Made by a program: the position numbers and the translations under genes. Below are positions 42,529 through 53,344 of a DNA stretch of 64,000 nt, piece by piece (position 1 is the stretch's first letter; the number at the start of each line of letters is the position of its first letter). The notes under the pieces were generated by a model. It saw only the letters and a program-made list of their open reading frames with translations. It made no database searches and was not told the DNA's origin. This DNA is from an uncultured Bacteroidota bacterium (lineage in GTDB: Bacteria; Bacteroidota; Bacteroidia; Bacteroidales; JAAUTT01), in contig CAWJWO010000010.1 of the NCBI GenBank assembly GCA_963846585.1, positions 5,163-69,162 of the forward strand, in the 5' to 3' direction.

Positions 42529-44874
42529 TTACTTAAAATAGTAGCTAAAACTAACTCTTATCAGACGAGGTGCGCCCGGAGTAAAACAAAGGTCTGTATA
42601 ACCACCGGCAGGTTCGCTTTTAAGCCTTGTTCGCGTTGCAAATTCGGCTTCGTTCCAGTTTACATTAAAAATATTTTGAACTGTCAATCCAAATTCAAAA
42701 TTTTTCACCTTGTATTTTGCCACACCATCTATTAAAAAATACCCAAGTGCAACTACCGAATTACCGTTATCAGCTGGCCTGTTATCAATGTACCTGTAGC
42801 GCAGGCTGCATGATAAGACATTATGCTTAACAGTAAGCCCTGCAACGCTTGTTAAAGTTGGAGCTAATGGGATATAATTTTTACCATGGACTGAATCAGT
42901 AAACCTGCCATGACTATAGTTTAGATCCGCATCAAATAACAGAATCCTGCTTATTTGATAACGCACTGACAAATCCGCTCCCAACCTTTGTGTGGGGCCA
43001 TTAATAATATCTGCTGCAACATCCTGGTCGTAAGTTAATTCATTTTGCAAATGCATACCCCATAATACGGCATTTACCAGCATATTGTCAAATGGTTTAA
43101 ATATACTGCCAATCTCATAACCAAAGGCAGTTGGCAATGTGTTCACTCCGGGATTTGCAACAACTGCCCTCGCGTCGTTAGAATGGAAGCCAGAGCCGGC
43201 ACGAATGAAAAATTGTGTTTCAGGGTTCACGTTATAATACAAACTTAATTTAGGGCTGACTTTGGCAGTAGTTTTTTTACCCGTAGCTGTAGGCAGTATT
43301 CCCCAGATTGCCGTATCAGACATGTTAAAGCCAACCATTTTTGTATAATCTAAATAGAAAATATCTGCCCTTACGCCTGCATTAATAACAAACCTTTTGC
43401 TTAAATTATATGTTTCATCGAGGTAAACTCCGGCATTTTGTTCATACAAATTACCCATTGTCAACGTATCTAAAATAACCCTTTGCTCCTGTGCCCTCAA
43501 TGCTAACTGAACTGCATCAATCCTGGCCGATAACCCTATTACTGTTTTAAGGGTACTTCCAGCTACATCCTTATTTAATTCAAAGGAACCATTATACCCA
43601 AATATATTTCTGCCTTTATCCCGCTGGTTGATACCATCTCCATGCACAGTATCCAAAAGATAAAATGTAAAATCAGTAAATAAATTCAGCTGGTAATAGG
43701 AATAGAAAACCTGGTTTTTCAATATACCACCATTATCAAAAAATGTTTTTAGTATTGCATTTACATTAGTCCTGTATGTTTGGCCTCCTTCGCCGGGATC
43801 GAGTGCCCCAAACCTTGTTATCAATCCTTCCGCAATTGCCCTTACGGGTATTTGACCCGATCCGTTCCATGTAGAATTAAAGTAAGATCCTTCAAAAGTC
43901 AATGTAGTATTTTGGGATAACTGTCCGTAATATTTTCCGAAAACGCTGAAACGGCTGTAATTTTGAGGATGAATAAAATAGGATGCTTTATTATATGAAT
44001 ATCCGGCCGCCAGATAAGCACTTTCCTTATATTTTGATAAAAGATGCCGGCCTTTCCCTAAAAGGTTCAGCATACCCATTACCCTGTAATATCCATAATT
44101 GCCATATTCAGCTTTAAAAAGGTTTTCTGTAAAATTTTTAGTTGTGAAACTGGCAACACCGGCCGTTGCAAAATCGCCGAACATAGTCGTGTAAGTACCT
44201 TTATATACATCCAGCTGATCAATAGTCTCGGGTATTATGAAATGAGAATCGGCATAACCCTGGCCGTGAGCATGGGAAGGCATGTTAACAGGAATCCCGT
44301 CCCAAAAAACAGCAAAGTCAGTTCCATGATCAGCATCAAACCCTCTCAAAAATATTTGTTCAGCCTTGCCGCCTCCCTGATGTTGTGCAAGAATCAAGCC
44401 AGGAACGAGTTTCATTAAATCCTGTGCAGAATTGACAGGCCGCAACAACAAATCCACACTGCTCAATGAGTTCATTGTTTTCCCTATATCTTTTGATGCT
44501 GTGACTGTTACATCAGATATCAATAAAGTTTTTGGATTCAGTTTTACAGCAACGGATAAGTTTTTTGCATTTTCAATTTTAATTTCTACCGTTATTTTTT
44601 TCTGTTCATACCCAATGCAGGAAAATGTAATTTGGTACTGGCCTTCAGCAAGATTTGAAAACTTAAAATTTCCCCGTTCATCAGATGCAGTAGTTTTTAC
44701 TGATTCATTTCTTTCCAGTTGTATGCTTACAAATGGAATAGGAGTATTCAGGGAATCAGTTATTACTCCGTTGAGGACGATTGGTTGTGTAAATACAGAA
44801 AATGGTATCAAAGAAAAAACAATAGTAATAAGTATTGATAAAATTGACGAATTAATTAATCCTTTGCTTTTCAT
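42529..44874 (-). CDS. TonB-dependent receptor with CarboxypepD_reg-like N-terminal domain
   Basis: Signal peptide, GVITDS...PIPFVSIQL (carboxypeptidase-regulatory fold), plug region, a long beta-barrel and a C-terminal aromatic terminus (SFSYYFK). Confidence 0.88.
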   Translation of the reverse strand: MKSKGLINSSILSILITIVFSLIPFSVFTQPIVLNGVITDSLNTPIPFVSIQLERNESVKTTASDERGNFKFSNLAEGQYQITFSCIGYEQKKITVEIKIENAKNLSVAVKLNPKTLLISDVTVTASKDIGKTMNSLSSVDLLLRPVNSAQDLMKLVPGLILAQHQGGGKAEQIFLRGFDADHGTDFAVFWDGIPVNMPSHAHGQGYADSHFIIPETIDQLDVYKGTYTTMFGDFATAGVASFTTKNFTENLFKAEYGNYGYYRVMGMLNLLGKGRHLLSKYKESAYLAAGYSYNKASYFIHPQNYSRFSVFGKYYGQLSQNTTLTFEGSYFNSTWNGSGQIPVRAIAEGLITRFGALDPGEGGQTYRTNVNAILKTFFDNGGILKNQVFYSYYQLNLFTDFTFYLLDTVHGDGINQRDKGRNIFGYNGSFELNKDVAGSTLKTVIGLSARIDAVQLALRAQEQRVILDTLTMGNLYEQNAGVYLDETYNLSKRFVINAGVRADIFYLDYTKMVGFNMSDTAIWGILPTATGKKTTAKVSPKLSLYYNVNPETQFFIRAGSGFHSNDARAVVANPGVNTLPTAFGYEIGSIFKPFDNMLVNAVLWGMHLQNELTYDQDVAADIINGPTQRLGADLSVRYQISRILLFDADLNYSHGRFTDSVHGKNYIPLAPTLTSVAGLTVKHNVLSCSLRYRYIDNRPADNGNSVVALGYFLIDGVAKYKVKNFEFGLTVQNIFNVNWNEAEFATRTRLKSEPAGGYTDLCFTPGAPRLIRVSFSYYFK

Positions 44875-44897
44875 TTAATTTGAATAGGGGCTATATG

Positions 44898-44922
44898 GGA
44901 AAGCCAATTTTTTCGTTACGCC
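44898..44922 (+). repeat. Truncated copy of the stop-codon-adjacent structured repeat (5' arm only)
   Basis: GGAAAGCCAATTTTTTCGTTACGCC matches the outer stem plus the TTCGTTACGC core of copies a and c, then diverges. Confidence 0.45.
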
Positions 44923-45053
44923 TTTTTATTAAAAAATAATCCATAAATATGGACAAAATATTACGTTTTTAAATTATGTGCTACTATAATGGCAAAAGAA
45001 TATAAACAAAGTACTTAAATTTATTTAATTTTAATCTTTAATAAATTAACGAT

Positions 45054-46028
45054 ATGAATAATTTAAATAATTTGCGTTTTATAGGTAAAACTAATTTGAA
45101 GGTTACACCAATTGGTCTTGGTTGCTGGCAGTTTAGCAAACAAAATAACCTTGCCGGGAAATTTTGGCCAACTCTTGAAGATAATGTGATAGAAAAGGTT
45201 GTATCCCTCTCCCTTGATGGAGGCGTAAACTTGTTCGATACAGCTGAGATATACGGTAACGGGGCATCGGAAAGGGCACTGTCCAAAGCTTTGCAGGCAG
45301 CAGGGAAAAAGCCCGGGGAAATCTTTATTGCTACAAAATGGTGGCCTATGTTCCATTTTGCTTCAAATATCTCAAAAACAATTGACGAGCGCATAAAAGC
45401 CTTGTCTCCTTATCCGATTGACCTTTACCAGGTACATCAGCCCTGGGGTTTTTCAAATGAAAAAAATGAAATGAAGGCTATGGCTGATCTGCTGGACAGA
45501 AAATTGATCAAAAATATCGGAGTAAGTAATTTTTCGGCACAACAAATGAAAAATGCCTGGGAAACCCTTGATAAGAAGGGAATTCCACTGGCATCAAACC
45601 AGGTAATGTACAACCTGCTGAATCGCAAAATAGAATCAAACGGAGTATTGGAAATGGCAAAGAAACTGGGTATGACCATCATTGCATATTCACCATTGGC
45701 CCAGGGGCTGGTTACCGGCAAATTTCATGATAACCCTGAATTGCTTAACAATATAGGTTTTAGGAAATACAGATCTCAGTTTAAATCCAAGGGATTGGAG
45801 AAAAGCAAACCATTAGTAAAGCTTATAAAGGAACTTGCACTCAAATATAATGTAACCCCCTCACAGATAGCCCTCAATTGGCTTATAAATTATCATGGCG
45901 ATACTATTATTGCAATACCGGGAGCCACAAAGGAAACCCATGCACAAGAAAATACCGTAGCAATGACGTTCAGGCTTTCTGACGAGGACATGGCACGGCT
46001 GGATAAGGAGAGCGCGATATTCTTATAA
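45054..46028 (+). CDS. Aldo/keto reductase
   Basis: GLGCWQF, FDTAEIYGNG, IATK, GVSNF and AYSPLAQG motifs of the AKR superfamily. Confidence 0.9.
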   Translation: MNNLNNLRFIGKTNLKVTPIGLGCWQFSKQNNLAGKFWPTLEDNVIEKVVSLSLDGGVNLFDTAEIYGNGASERALSKALQAAGKKPGEIFIATKWWPMFHFASNISKTIDERIKALSPYPIDLYQVHQPWGFSNEKNEMKAMADLLDRKLIKNIGVSNFSAQQMKNAWETLDKKGIPLASNQVMYNLLNRKIESNGVLEMAKKLGMTIIAYSPLAQGLVTGKFHDNPELLNNIGFRKYRSQFKSKGLEKSKPLVKLIKELALKYNVTPSQIALNWLINYHGDTIIAIPGATKETHAQENTVAMTFRLSDEDMARLDKESAIFL

Positions 46029-46161
46029 AACCTGCATATCCTATTCTATTTTTCTGGGTATTGGAAAAATAGGCGCCTTTATTGATATTTAAAGGTTTCA
46101 ATAATTAATGAGCAAAAGGCCTTGCTGATTTTTACTTCCAAGGAATAAATAAAAATTAAGA

Positions 46162-46608
46162 ATGAAATTTTATGACATCATTACCCCAAGGGTTTCAAAG
46201 CGAATTTTATTATTTATTGCGGCCATTGCATGGACTGTTGCAGGAGGAATCTTGTTAACAAGAGGTATCATTATGGCAATGAATAGCCCTAACAATGTTA
46301 AATACATCTTGGGCGGCAGTACGATAGGAGGTATATTGTTTTTTATTTTGTTATTTTCACATATTTCCCGTAAACATACAGATCGTATCCTGAAAATGAA
46401 AATTCAAAAACCATATGCATTTTCTTTCTTTAATATCAGGAGTTATATACTAATGACTATAATGATCTCCGGTGGAATATTACTGCGTCTTTCCGGACTT
46501 GTTTCTCAGGCCGTACTATGCATTTTATATATTACGATGGGGATACCCCTTTTTCTGTCCGCATTCAGGTTCTATTACACCGGCATATTTTACAACAGGG
46601 TTAAATAA
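46162..46608 (+). CDS. Hypothetical four-TM membrane protein
   Basis: Hydrophobicity pattern only. Confidence 0.5.
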   Translation: MKFYDIITPRVSKRILLFIAAIAWTVAGGILLTRGIIMAMNSPNNVKYILGGSTIGGILFFILLFSHISRKHTDRILKMKIQKPYAFSFFNIRSYILMTIMISGGILLRLSGLVSQAVLCILYITMGIPLFLSAFRFYYTGIFYNRVK

Positions 46609-46765
46609 GGATAAATTCCCGGATCAATATAAAAAAGAGAGTAATTTATTGCCTTATCCAGGAACTCACTTAAAACCATGTTCATCAACCAAAATCGGGT
46701 AATAAAGAAATTGAAATAAGCTTCAATCTATTGTCAATATTAACCTAACCAAGGGTCAGAGTTCC

Positions 46766-47800
46766 CTATCCACTAATCTGATTCCATATTACCAATACAA
46801 ATAACAGCAATAATAAAATGTTTCCCCAATAGGGAGATCTTATAAATACAAAATAATTGGCAAATAAATACGAAAGCGGGATTGCTAAAAAATAAATAAG
46901 CTCAACCGATGCTTGCGGTAAAAATATATATATTGCCAAAGTAGTAAAGAATAACCAGAAAAATAAAGTAAATGCTTTACGCTGTAAAATCTTTTTTCCC
47001 TGAAAAGATTGAATCAGATACTGACTTGAAATTATTAAAAGCAAAATTATGTAAATTATCAGTGATATTAAGGAATGTCGAAATTGGAAACTATCATGAT
47101 TTATTTTAAATGAATTAATGAAACCGTTAAGTACAATATGTGTATTATTAACTATTAGAAAATAATAACTGTCAATTAGTATAAAAGGAGTAAATAAACC
47201 AAGTACGGTAAAAACCCATTCCCTCCAATTAAAAGGTCTTAATAAATATATACTTATCCAGATGAAAATAATATAAAAAATCACAAAAGGATAAAAAAGA
47301 GCCCCGATGGAAATAAAAAATGAAGCGGTAAAAATTTCGTAAGAAAGCTTTTCGTTTCTGAAAGATTCAAATAATTTTTCAAGTGCAAGCAATATGAAAA
47401 AACCTGCAAAAATTACAGGATTAAGCTTTTGAATATTATATACAGATGCAGTAAGTATTACAAAAAAGAAAGCAGGGAGGTAGCTTCGGTTATTTATAAA
47501 TATAAATCTTGTATTTAGCCTGACCAACAGGAAACCCTGGATAATTACAATTAATAAAGTCAGAAACGTTCCGGCAAAAGAATTGCCGGGAAGTAGGTGT
47601 AATATTATTTGATATAAGGGCATCGGATAATTGCTGAAGAAAAAAATGTGCCCGGGAGGACTGATTATCGGGTGAAGCCAAAGTAAGACGGCTAACAAAG
47701 GAATAAAAAGTAACATTTGTGAACCCGTTGATCTGAAAAATCGAAGTAGCATGGTAATAGTGCTTAGTGCATAATAAATAGTGCATAGTGCTAAGTTCAT
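46766..47800 (-). CDS. Hypothetical polytopic membrane protein (true start probably at 47752)
   Basis: About ten TM helices. The first 16 codons (MNLALCTIYYALSTIT) are translated from the TAGTGCA-family array, so the Met of MLLRFF is the more credible start. Confidence 0.55.
   Translation of the reverse strand: MNLALCTIYYALSTITMLLRFFRSTGSQMLLFIPLLAVLLWLHPIISPPGHIFFFSNYPMPLYQIILHLLPGNSFAGTFLTLLIVIIQGFLLVRLNTRFIFINNRSYLPAFFFVILTASVYNIQKLNPVIFAGFFILLALEKLFESFRNEKLSYEIFTASFFISIGALFYPFVIFYIIFIWISIYLLRPFNWREWVFTVLGLFTPFILIDSYYFLIVNNTHIVLNGFINSFKINHDSFQFRHSLISLIIYIILLLIISSQYLIQSFQGKKILQRKAFTLFFWLFFTTLAIYIFLPQASVELIYFLAIPLSYLFANYFVFIRSPYWGNILLLLLFVLVIWNQISG
47758..47795 (+). repeat. TAGTGC(A/T)-family array
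   Basis: TAGTGCTTAGTGCATAATAAATAGTGCATAGTGCTAAG. Confidence 0.9.
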
Positions 47801-47915
47801 AGAACCACCACCCTAAATTTTGGTTTTTATATAAAAAACAATTATCATTATTATATTTAAATTTCTTGAAAGTAATTAATTTATATCACTATAAAATAAG
47901 ACATTTTGCAACAAA

Positions 47916-47970
47916 CTAAGCACTATGCACTACGCACTATATGCACTATGCACTATGCACTATGCACTAT
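47916..47970 (-). repeat. Inverted TAGTGCA-family array (GCACTAT units)
   Basis: CTAAGCACTATGCACTACGCACTATATGCACTATGCACTATGCACTATGCACTAT. It contains the purD stop codon (CTA at 47967-47969). Confidence 0.9.
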
Positions 47971-49247
47971 AAAAGGTCCAGTCCAATATCATGCCTGAAA
48001 TATTTTCCTTCAAAATCTATTATTTCAGCATTTTTAGTTGAAATGGCAATAGTTTCCTGAATGGTGTTACCAAACGAACTCACGGCCAATACTCTTCCAC
48101 CATTTGTAACCATTTTATCTCCATTTATTTTTGTGCCAGCATGGAAAATTAAACTATCATGAACATTTTCCAAATGTTTAATTTCTTTACCATTCTCATA
48201 GTGACCGGGATAACCACCTGATACCACCATTATGGTACCAACTGTGCGGCCATCAACATCAAGTTTAATATTTGAAAGTGTTCCATTAGCAACGGCTAAG
48301 AACATTTCGGCTATATCGTTTTTTATTCTTGGAATTATTGATTCAGTTTCGGGATCACCCAGGCGGACATTATATTCTATAACCTGCGGTTCGCCTGAAA
48401 CATTCATTAAACCAATAAATAAAAAACCTTTATAAGGAATATTATCTTTTCTTAGGCCCTCGATAGTAGGCTTAATAATACGATCTTCCACTTTTTTCAT
48501 GAATGAGGCATCAGCAAAAGGCACAGGTGAAACGGAACCCATTCCTCCGGTGTTTAAGCCGGTATTTCCTTCACCTGCTCTTTTATAATCCTTTGCTTCC
48601 GGAAGAATAACATATGAAGTGCCATCGGTAAGCACAAATACAGAAAGTTCAACGCCATTAAGGAATTCTTCAATTACTACTGTAGAACCTGCACTGCCAA
48701 ATTTTCCAGAAAACATTAAACCAAGCTCCATAACAGCTTCATCAATATCGGCAGGAATTAATACACCCTTTCCTGCAGCCAGTCCATCAGCTTTCAAAAC
48801 ATATGGCGGTCTGAGAGTATTTAGAAAAACAATTGCCTCCTTAAGATGGTCTTTATTAAAACTCATATATCTGGCTGTCGGAATCCGGTGACGAAACATA
48901 AACTGCTTTGCAAAATACTTACTTCCCTCTAACATAGCCCCATGTTTAACAGGGCCTATAATTTTAATATTTCGAAGTTCGGTATGTTCAAGAAAATAAT
49001 CATGAATACCATTAACCAATGGATCTTCGGGGCCAACCACAATCATACTTATTTCAGTATTGACAGCGAATTTACCTATATTAACGAAATCAGATGGCTG
49101 AAGATCAATATTTGTGGCTATTGATGATGTACCTGCATTGCCGGGAGCTATAAAAAGTTTTGTTAATAATTTACTTTGGGCCAGTTTCCAGGCAACTGCA
49201 TGTTCTCTTCCTCCTGACCCTATTAAAAGAATATTCATTATTTTCAA
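47967..49247 (-). CDS. purD: Phosphoribosylamine--glycine ligase
   Basis: MNILLIGSGGREHA, ATP-grasp core (VLKADGLAAGKGV, EEFLNGVE, GGMG), C-terminal TNGGRVLAV. Confidence 0.93.
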   Translation of the reverse strand: MKIMNILLIGSGGREHAVAWKLAQSKLLTKLFIAPGNAGTSSIATNIDLQPSDFVNIGKFAVNTEISMIVVGPEDPLVNGIHDYFLEHTELRNIKIIGPVKHGAMLEGSKYFAKQFMFRHRIPTARYMSFNKDHLKEAIVFLNTLRPPYVLKADGLAAGKGVLIPADIDEAVMELGLMFSGKFGSAGSTVVIEEFLNGVELSVFVLTDGTSYVILPEAKDYKRAGEGNTGLNTGGMGSVSPVPFADASFMKKVEDRIIKPTIEGLRKDNIPYKGFLFIGLMNVSGEPQVIEYNVRLGDPETESIIPRIKNDIAEMFLAVANGTLSNIKLDVDGRTVGTIMVVSGGYPGHYENGKEIKHLENVHDSLIFHAGTKINGDKMVTNGGRVLAVSSFGNTIQETIAISTKNAEIIDFEGKYFRHDIGLDLL

Positions 49248-49385
49248 TCGGTTTATATGTCAAAAATAAACAATAAACTTCATCCCGTAACTTATTATAA
49301 TGGCATTATTTTTGTTTATTTGTCAACTAATTACTTGAAAATTATTATTAGTATCACTTAACTAATAAAACTAAAAATCAAAATT

Positions 49386-50903
49386 ATGAAAGCAAAGACT
49401 TTAATTATAAGTTTTATAATTTTTTTGTTTAGCAGCTGGCCCATCGTAAAGGCTCAGGATGATCCGATAAAATGGGGTGTAATTTTGCCTGAAGATATAA
49501 ACATGACAGTGTACTCTCCTGATCCTGATGCATCAGCTGTGGTACTTTGTGATTATGGGACTGCATCTGTTGCTCCGCGTGTTGAATATACAAAAATTAC
49601 CAGGATAAAAATTCTCAAGGAAGCCGGGTTAGAGTATGCAAAGGTTGAAATTCCTTACAGGTCGTACGAAGAATATGATTATTTTTCAAAAATTAAAGCT
49701 CATACAATAAATGTTACAGTTAATGGAACTTCTGTAAAAACAAAATTTACAACCTCAAAAATTAGTGATATTGAAATTGACAGCCGGCATCGAAAAAAAG
49801 TTATTACTTTTTTGGATGTTAAGCCAGGTTCGTTTATTGAATATTCCTATACAATTTATTCGGTGGATATAGTTAAACTTCACAATTGGTATTTTCAAAG
49901 TACTATTCCGGTAGCATGGAGCGAATATAGGGTAAATATACCTGAAAGGTTAAATTACCTCGTAACTTTTCAAAAAGGGAGGGACCTTGATTATAATGAG
50001 CAGGAGGAGTATTCAAACAGGTTGCAATATCTTTATTCCAATAAGTTAAAGGATGTATATAATGATATAGGCAGAAATAATAATATTTTATATGAATCTT
50101 CCAAAAAGACAATAAAGGTATATCTGGAAAAAGGCAAAAGTTTGCGATTTGTATTGGAAAAAATGCCCGGAATAAATCCAAAACCATACAACAATGATAA
50201 TTATCCTTTTGTTAAAGTTCATCTTTACCAGGTAGAAAATACTTTAAACTATTATTATACTCCTTCTTTATCAGCTGCAAACGTAGACTATGATGTCTGG
50301 GATAAATGGGAATACAAATACAAAGTAAATTCTGAAAATGATTCATATTGGTTACCGACCTGGGAAGAAGCCACTCAAAACTGGATAAAGAGCGAATTCC
50401 TCGGTTACAGATTGTCGCAGGACTTTAATGCCAAAGGAGAATTAGATGCAATTGCCCATACCGATTCAACTGACCTGTTAAAAGGGGTGTATCAATTTAT
50501 AAAAAATAATATAAAATGGGATGGCACATACAGTATTTATGCAGTCCGCGAATTTCCAGAGGTGTTAACCAGGAAAACCGGCAATAGCGGTGAAATGAAT
50601 TTACTATTAATAAATATGTTGCGAAAAGCCGGTTTTAAAGTTTTCCCGGTATTAATCCGTACAAATGACCTGGGCAGGATTGAAAATCTATATCCTGAAA
50701 AGGGACAGTTTAATCATGTGATAGCGCAATTGGAACTGAACGGTAAAATTGTTTTCCTTGATGCAACCAGTGAAACTAATAGTTTTGATTTACCTCTGAA
50801 TGTTCAGCATACAGCAGGATGGTTATTAAAGGAAAAGGGCTTTAAATTTGTAGATGTTAACAATTCACAGCAGGAGGTACAGGCCGGGGATAAACAAATA
50901 TAG
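49386..50903 (+). CDS. Secreted DUF3857-like / transglutaminase-like superfamily protein
   Basis: Signal peptide. The N-terminal half resembles DUF3857. The C-terminal segment TGNSGEMNLLLINMLRKAGF...NHVIAQ...DAT resembles the transglutaminase-like core. Family call is from memory only. Confidence 0.5.
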   Translation: MKAKTLIISFIIFLFSSWPIVKAQDDPIKWGVILPEDINMTVYSPDPDASAVVLCDYGTASVAPRVEYTKITRIKILKEAGLEYAKVEIPYRSYEEYDYFSKIKAHTINVTVNGTSVKTKFTTSKISDIEIDSRHRKKVITFLDVKPGSFIEYSYTIYSVDIVKLHNWYFQSTIPVAWSEYRVNIPERLNYLVTFQKGRDLDYNEQEEYSNRLQYLYSNKLKDVYNDIGRNNNILYESSKKTIKVYLEKGKSLRFVLEKMPGINPKPYNNDNYPFVKVHLYQVENTLNYYYTPSLSAANVDYDVWDKWEYKYKVNSENDSYWLPTWEEATQNWIKSEFLGYRLSQDFNAKGELDAIAHTDSTDLLKGVYQFIKNNIKWDGTYSIYAVREFPEVLTRKTGNSGEMNLLLINMLRKAGFKVFPVLIRTNDLGRIENLYPEKGQFNHVIAQLELNGKIVFLDATSETNSFDLPLNVQHTAGWLLKEKGFKFVDVNNSQQEVQAGDKQI

Positions 50904-51397
50904 CCAGACAATTTAACATTTATGGCTTTTGCATGTTCATCACGGTTGGTTCTGGAGGCTTATGCCCGAAAGGGAAACAATCAATAGCGAGATATTTTAA
51001 AGTTGTTCTATATCATAATGAATATGCCTGTTAGAATATTTACCGGGAACAAATTCTATTGAAGAATTATAAAATTAAATTTATAACATATAACTTATAT
51101 GTATGTTTAACTTTAAATTATTAATCTAAAATCGTAATTATGTTTAAAAATAAAAATTATTAGCCACTAAAAATATATTGGCATGATATTTGCATTAAAT
51201 AATTTGAGTATGTTATTTGAATTTTCCTTACACTATCTCTAACTACTACAGATAGTACAATTATAAATGATAATTGTTTCTTATAGCAGTTAAATTGTTT
51301 TGGTTAACTAATTAATTCTATTAATTCTAACTAACTCAAAGAATTTTAATAGTTTCTATGTTCATTTAATTATTGTTTAACCTTAAATTTTAATATT

Positions 51398-51985
51398 ATG
51401 AAAGTTTTAAATTTTATTCCGATTACATTATTAAGCAGCATATTAGTTGTATCAACTGCTTTTGGCAATAATGGTTCCAAAACTACATCCTGTGATATAT
51501 CTGTAAGAGATCAGATTGGGGCCTCTTTAAGTGAAGTTTCCGTTGATAATAATGGTATAGTTTTTATTTATTTTAATGCGTCTCCCAAAGATGGATTTAA
51601 ATTATTACAAGTTAAAGGTTCAGATAATAACCTTGTACAATCAGTTAAAAGGCAACTTGAAAAGGGAAGTTTTGTAGTTCCTGATTGTATGGTTGGAAGT
51701 TTTATTTTAAAAATTAAAATAGATAATAATATATTTACTGATAATAGTGTTCCTGCAGATGAAGTATTAAGGAATATTATTTCTGATGAACTGCCAAAAG
51801 TTAATGTTCCTAAGGGTTCAATTACTCTTTACTTTAATGTTGATGAAAATAAACTGGACGTAAAAAGAGTGGAAGGAACTGATAAATCTTTGGTATCTTT
51901 GGTTGAAAACTCATTGAATAATTCTACCGTAATTTTACCAAATGAAATAGCTGGAAAGAATTTTAAGATTGAAATGAAATTTTAA
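51398..51985 (+). CDS. Hypothetical secreted protein
   Basis: Signal peptide, no family recognised. Preceded by ~500 bp of very AT-rich non-coding DNA. Confidence 0.5.
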   Translation: MKVLNFIPITLLSSILVVSTAFGNNGSKTTSCDISVRDQIGASLSEVSVDNNGIVFIYFNASPKDGFKLLQVKGSDNNLVQSVKRQLEKGSFVVPDCMVGSFILKIKIDNNIFTDNSVPADEVLRNIISDELPKVNVPKGSITLYFNVDENKLDVKRVEGTDKSLVSLVENSLNNSTVILPNEIAGKNFKIEMKF

Positions 51986-52025
51986 TTAAATTTTTTAAAT
52001 CGGGATTATGAAGTTTTGCGGAAAT

Positions 52026-52074
52026 AATCCCTCTAACCATGTATTATCCTAAAAGGAAAACGGTTAGAGGGATT
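52026..52074 (+). terminator. Hairpin downstream of the 51398-51985 ORF
   Basis: The 13-bp stem AATCCCTCTAACC / GGTTAGAGGGATT has a large (23-nt) loop and is followed by a T/A-rich run. The loop size makes it atypical for an intrinsic terminator. Confidence 0.35.
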
Positions 52075-52301
52075 TATTATTTACAACATTAAAGAGTATT
52101 CATAATAATTGAAAGGAAAATTAATTTGAAAAGGTTTTTACATTTTTCTAAACAATTTTCATCTATTTCTTTAAAAAACCAATTTATATACATTTTTAAT
52201 ATAATAGATTCTCTTTATAATTATTAAAAAATTATAAATTCACTGCACCAATATTAATAAATCAAGTTTAATTTTCATCTTACTTGATTAATCCAAACAT
52301 T

Positions 52302-53294
52302 TTATCTTTTTACATCTTCTTTGGATATTACCCTGGGATCGTTGTATAAATTACGTATTATTTCGGGAGTATTGTGCATCCATGGGAAACCAGCCCATAC
52401 CATAAACCATGTCCAAAGTGGTTGTTGTTTTAATATTTCCGGTGTAGGTACATCGCCAACTTCGCCCAGTGCAATTATTTTACCTTTTGCAAGAGCTGCC
52501 AGTTGATCGTGATGAGATTGTTTAAAGTCTTTTTTATATACATCCGCCGTCAGAACATCGACATAGGCATCGCCAGGATAGAACAGGTCATATGCATAAG
52601 CCTGGTCATTTTCCCAATCGCGCGGGGCGTTAGTGTTAAATACCCAAATAAGGTTATTCAGTTTATGGAAATTCACAAATCTTTCGTAAGTCATTATCCA
52701 CAATTTTTTAAAGCCATTTTCACCGGGCCGGTTTCCCCACCAGAACCAAACTCCGTTCATTTCGTGGTAAGGGCGCCATAATACAGGTATATTGGCTTTT
52801 TGTAACTGTTTAAGGTAAAAAGCTACTGTGTCCATATTGTCCTGCCAGAGTTGATGAATTTTTGTCCCTGGTGTAATGAGATCTTTGAATTCAGCATCTG
52901 TTAGTTTTTTCCATGTGCTTCTTTTTACCGTGTCAGAATCGAAAGGACGACGCATATGGTACATCAGGGTAATAATGGAACCGTCATTATATTGATTTAT
53001 AGCTTCGCGCACGAGGGCATGACGGTCATCAATGGCAAAATCAGAACCCCATATTGCAGGATATTTTCCCGTATAGCTCTTGATCGTATCGGAAGATCTT
53101 GTGAATTCATGTCCGGAATTATGCTGACCTGATAATATATGATTACCCTGCAGGCTATATAAATATTTAAGCAAAGATTTTGCTTCAGGTGTAGCATTGG
53201 GGTTTACCGGATCATGTGATTGTTGACCGTTACATTGAAATGTTCCATTTATAGCCAGAAACATAATAATTGCTATCGTAATAATGTTTTTCAT
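52302..53294 (-). CDS. GH26 beta-mannanase-like glycoside hydrolase
   Basis: WRPYHEMNGVWFWWG (acid/base Glu region) and IALGEVG (nucleophile region). Signal peptide present. Confidence 0.85.
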   Translation of the reverse strand: MKNIITIAIIMFLAINGTFQCNGQQSHDPVNPNATPEAKSLLKYLYSLQGNHILSGQHNSGHEFTRSSDTIKSYTGKYPAIWGSDFAIDDRHALVREAINQYNDGSIITLMYHMRRPFDSDTVKRSTWKKLTDAEFKDLITPGTKIHQLWQDNMDTVAFYLKQLQKANIPVLWRPYHEMNGVWFWWGNRPGENGFKKLWIMTYERFVNFHKLNNLIWVFNTNAPRDWENDQAYAYDLFYPGDAYVDVLTADVYKKDFKQSHHDQLAALAKGKIIALGEVGDVPTPEILKQQPLWTWFMVWAGFPWMHNTPEIIRNLYNDPRVISKEDVKR

Positions 53295-53344
53295 ATCTAA
53301 TGATTTAATAAATAAATATAGTTAAATTTTATTTTTCAGTAATT

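Noticed and set aside
44432-45394. ORFs of 148 aa (plus strand, inside the TonB-dependent receptor) and 118/97 aa (minus strand, inside the aldo-keto reductase)
   Set aside because: They are antisense to confidently assigned genes and have no motifs.
50904-51397. ~500-bp non-coding gap inspected for an RNA gene or riboswitch (for example the GGTTCTGGAGGCTTATGCCCGAAAGGGAAAC segment near 50945-50985)
   Set aside because: I could identify no known ncRNA consensus, no convincing conserved helices and no repeat partner. I left it unannotated.
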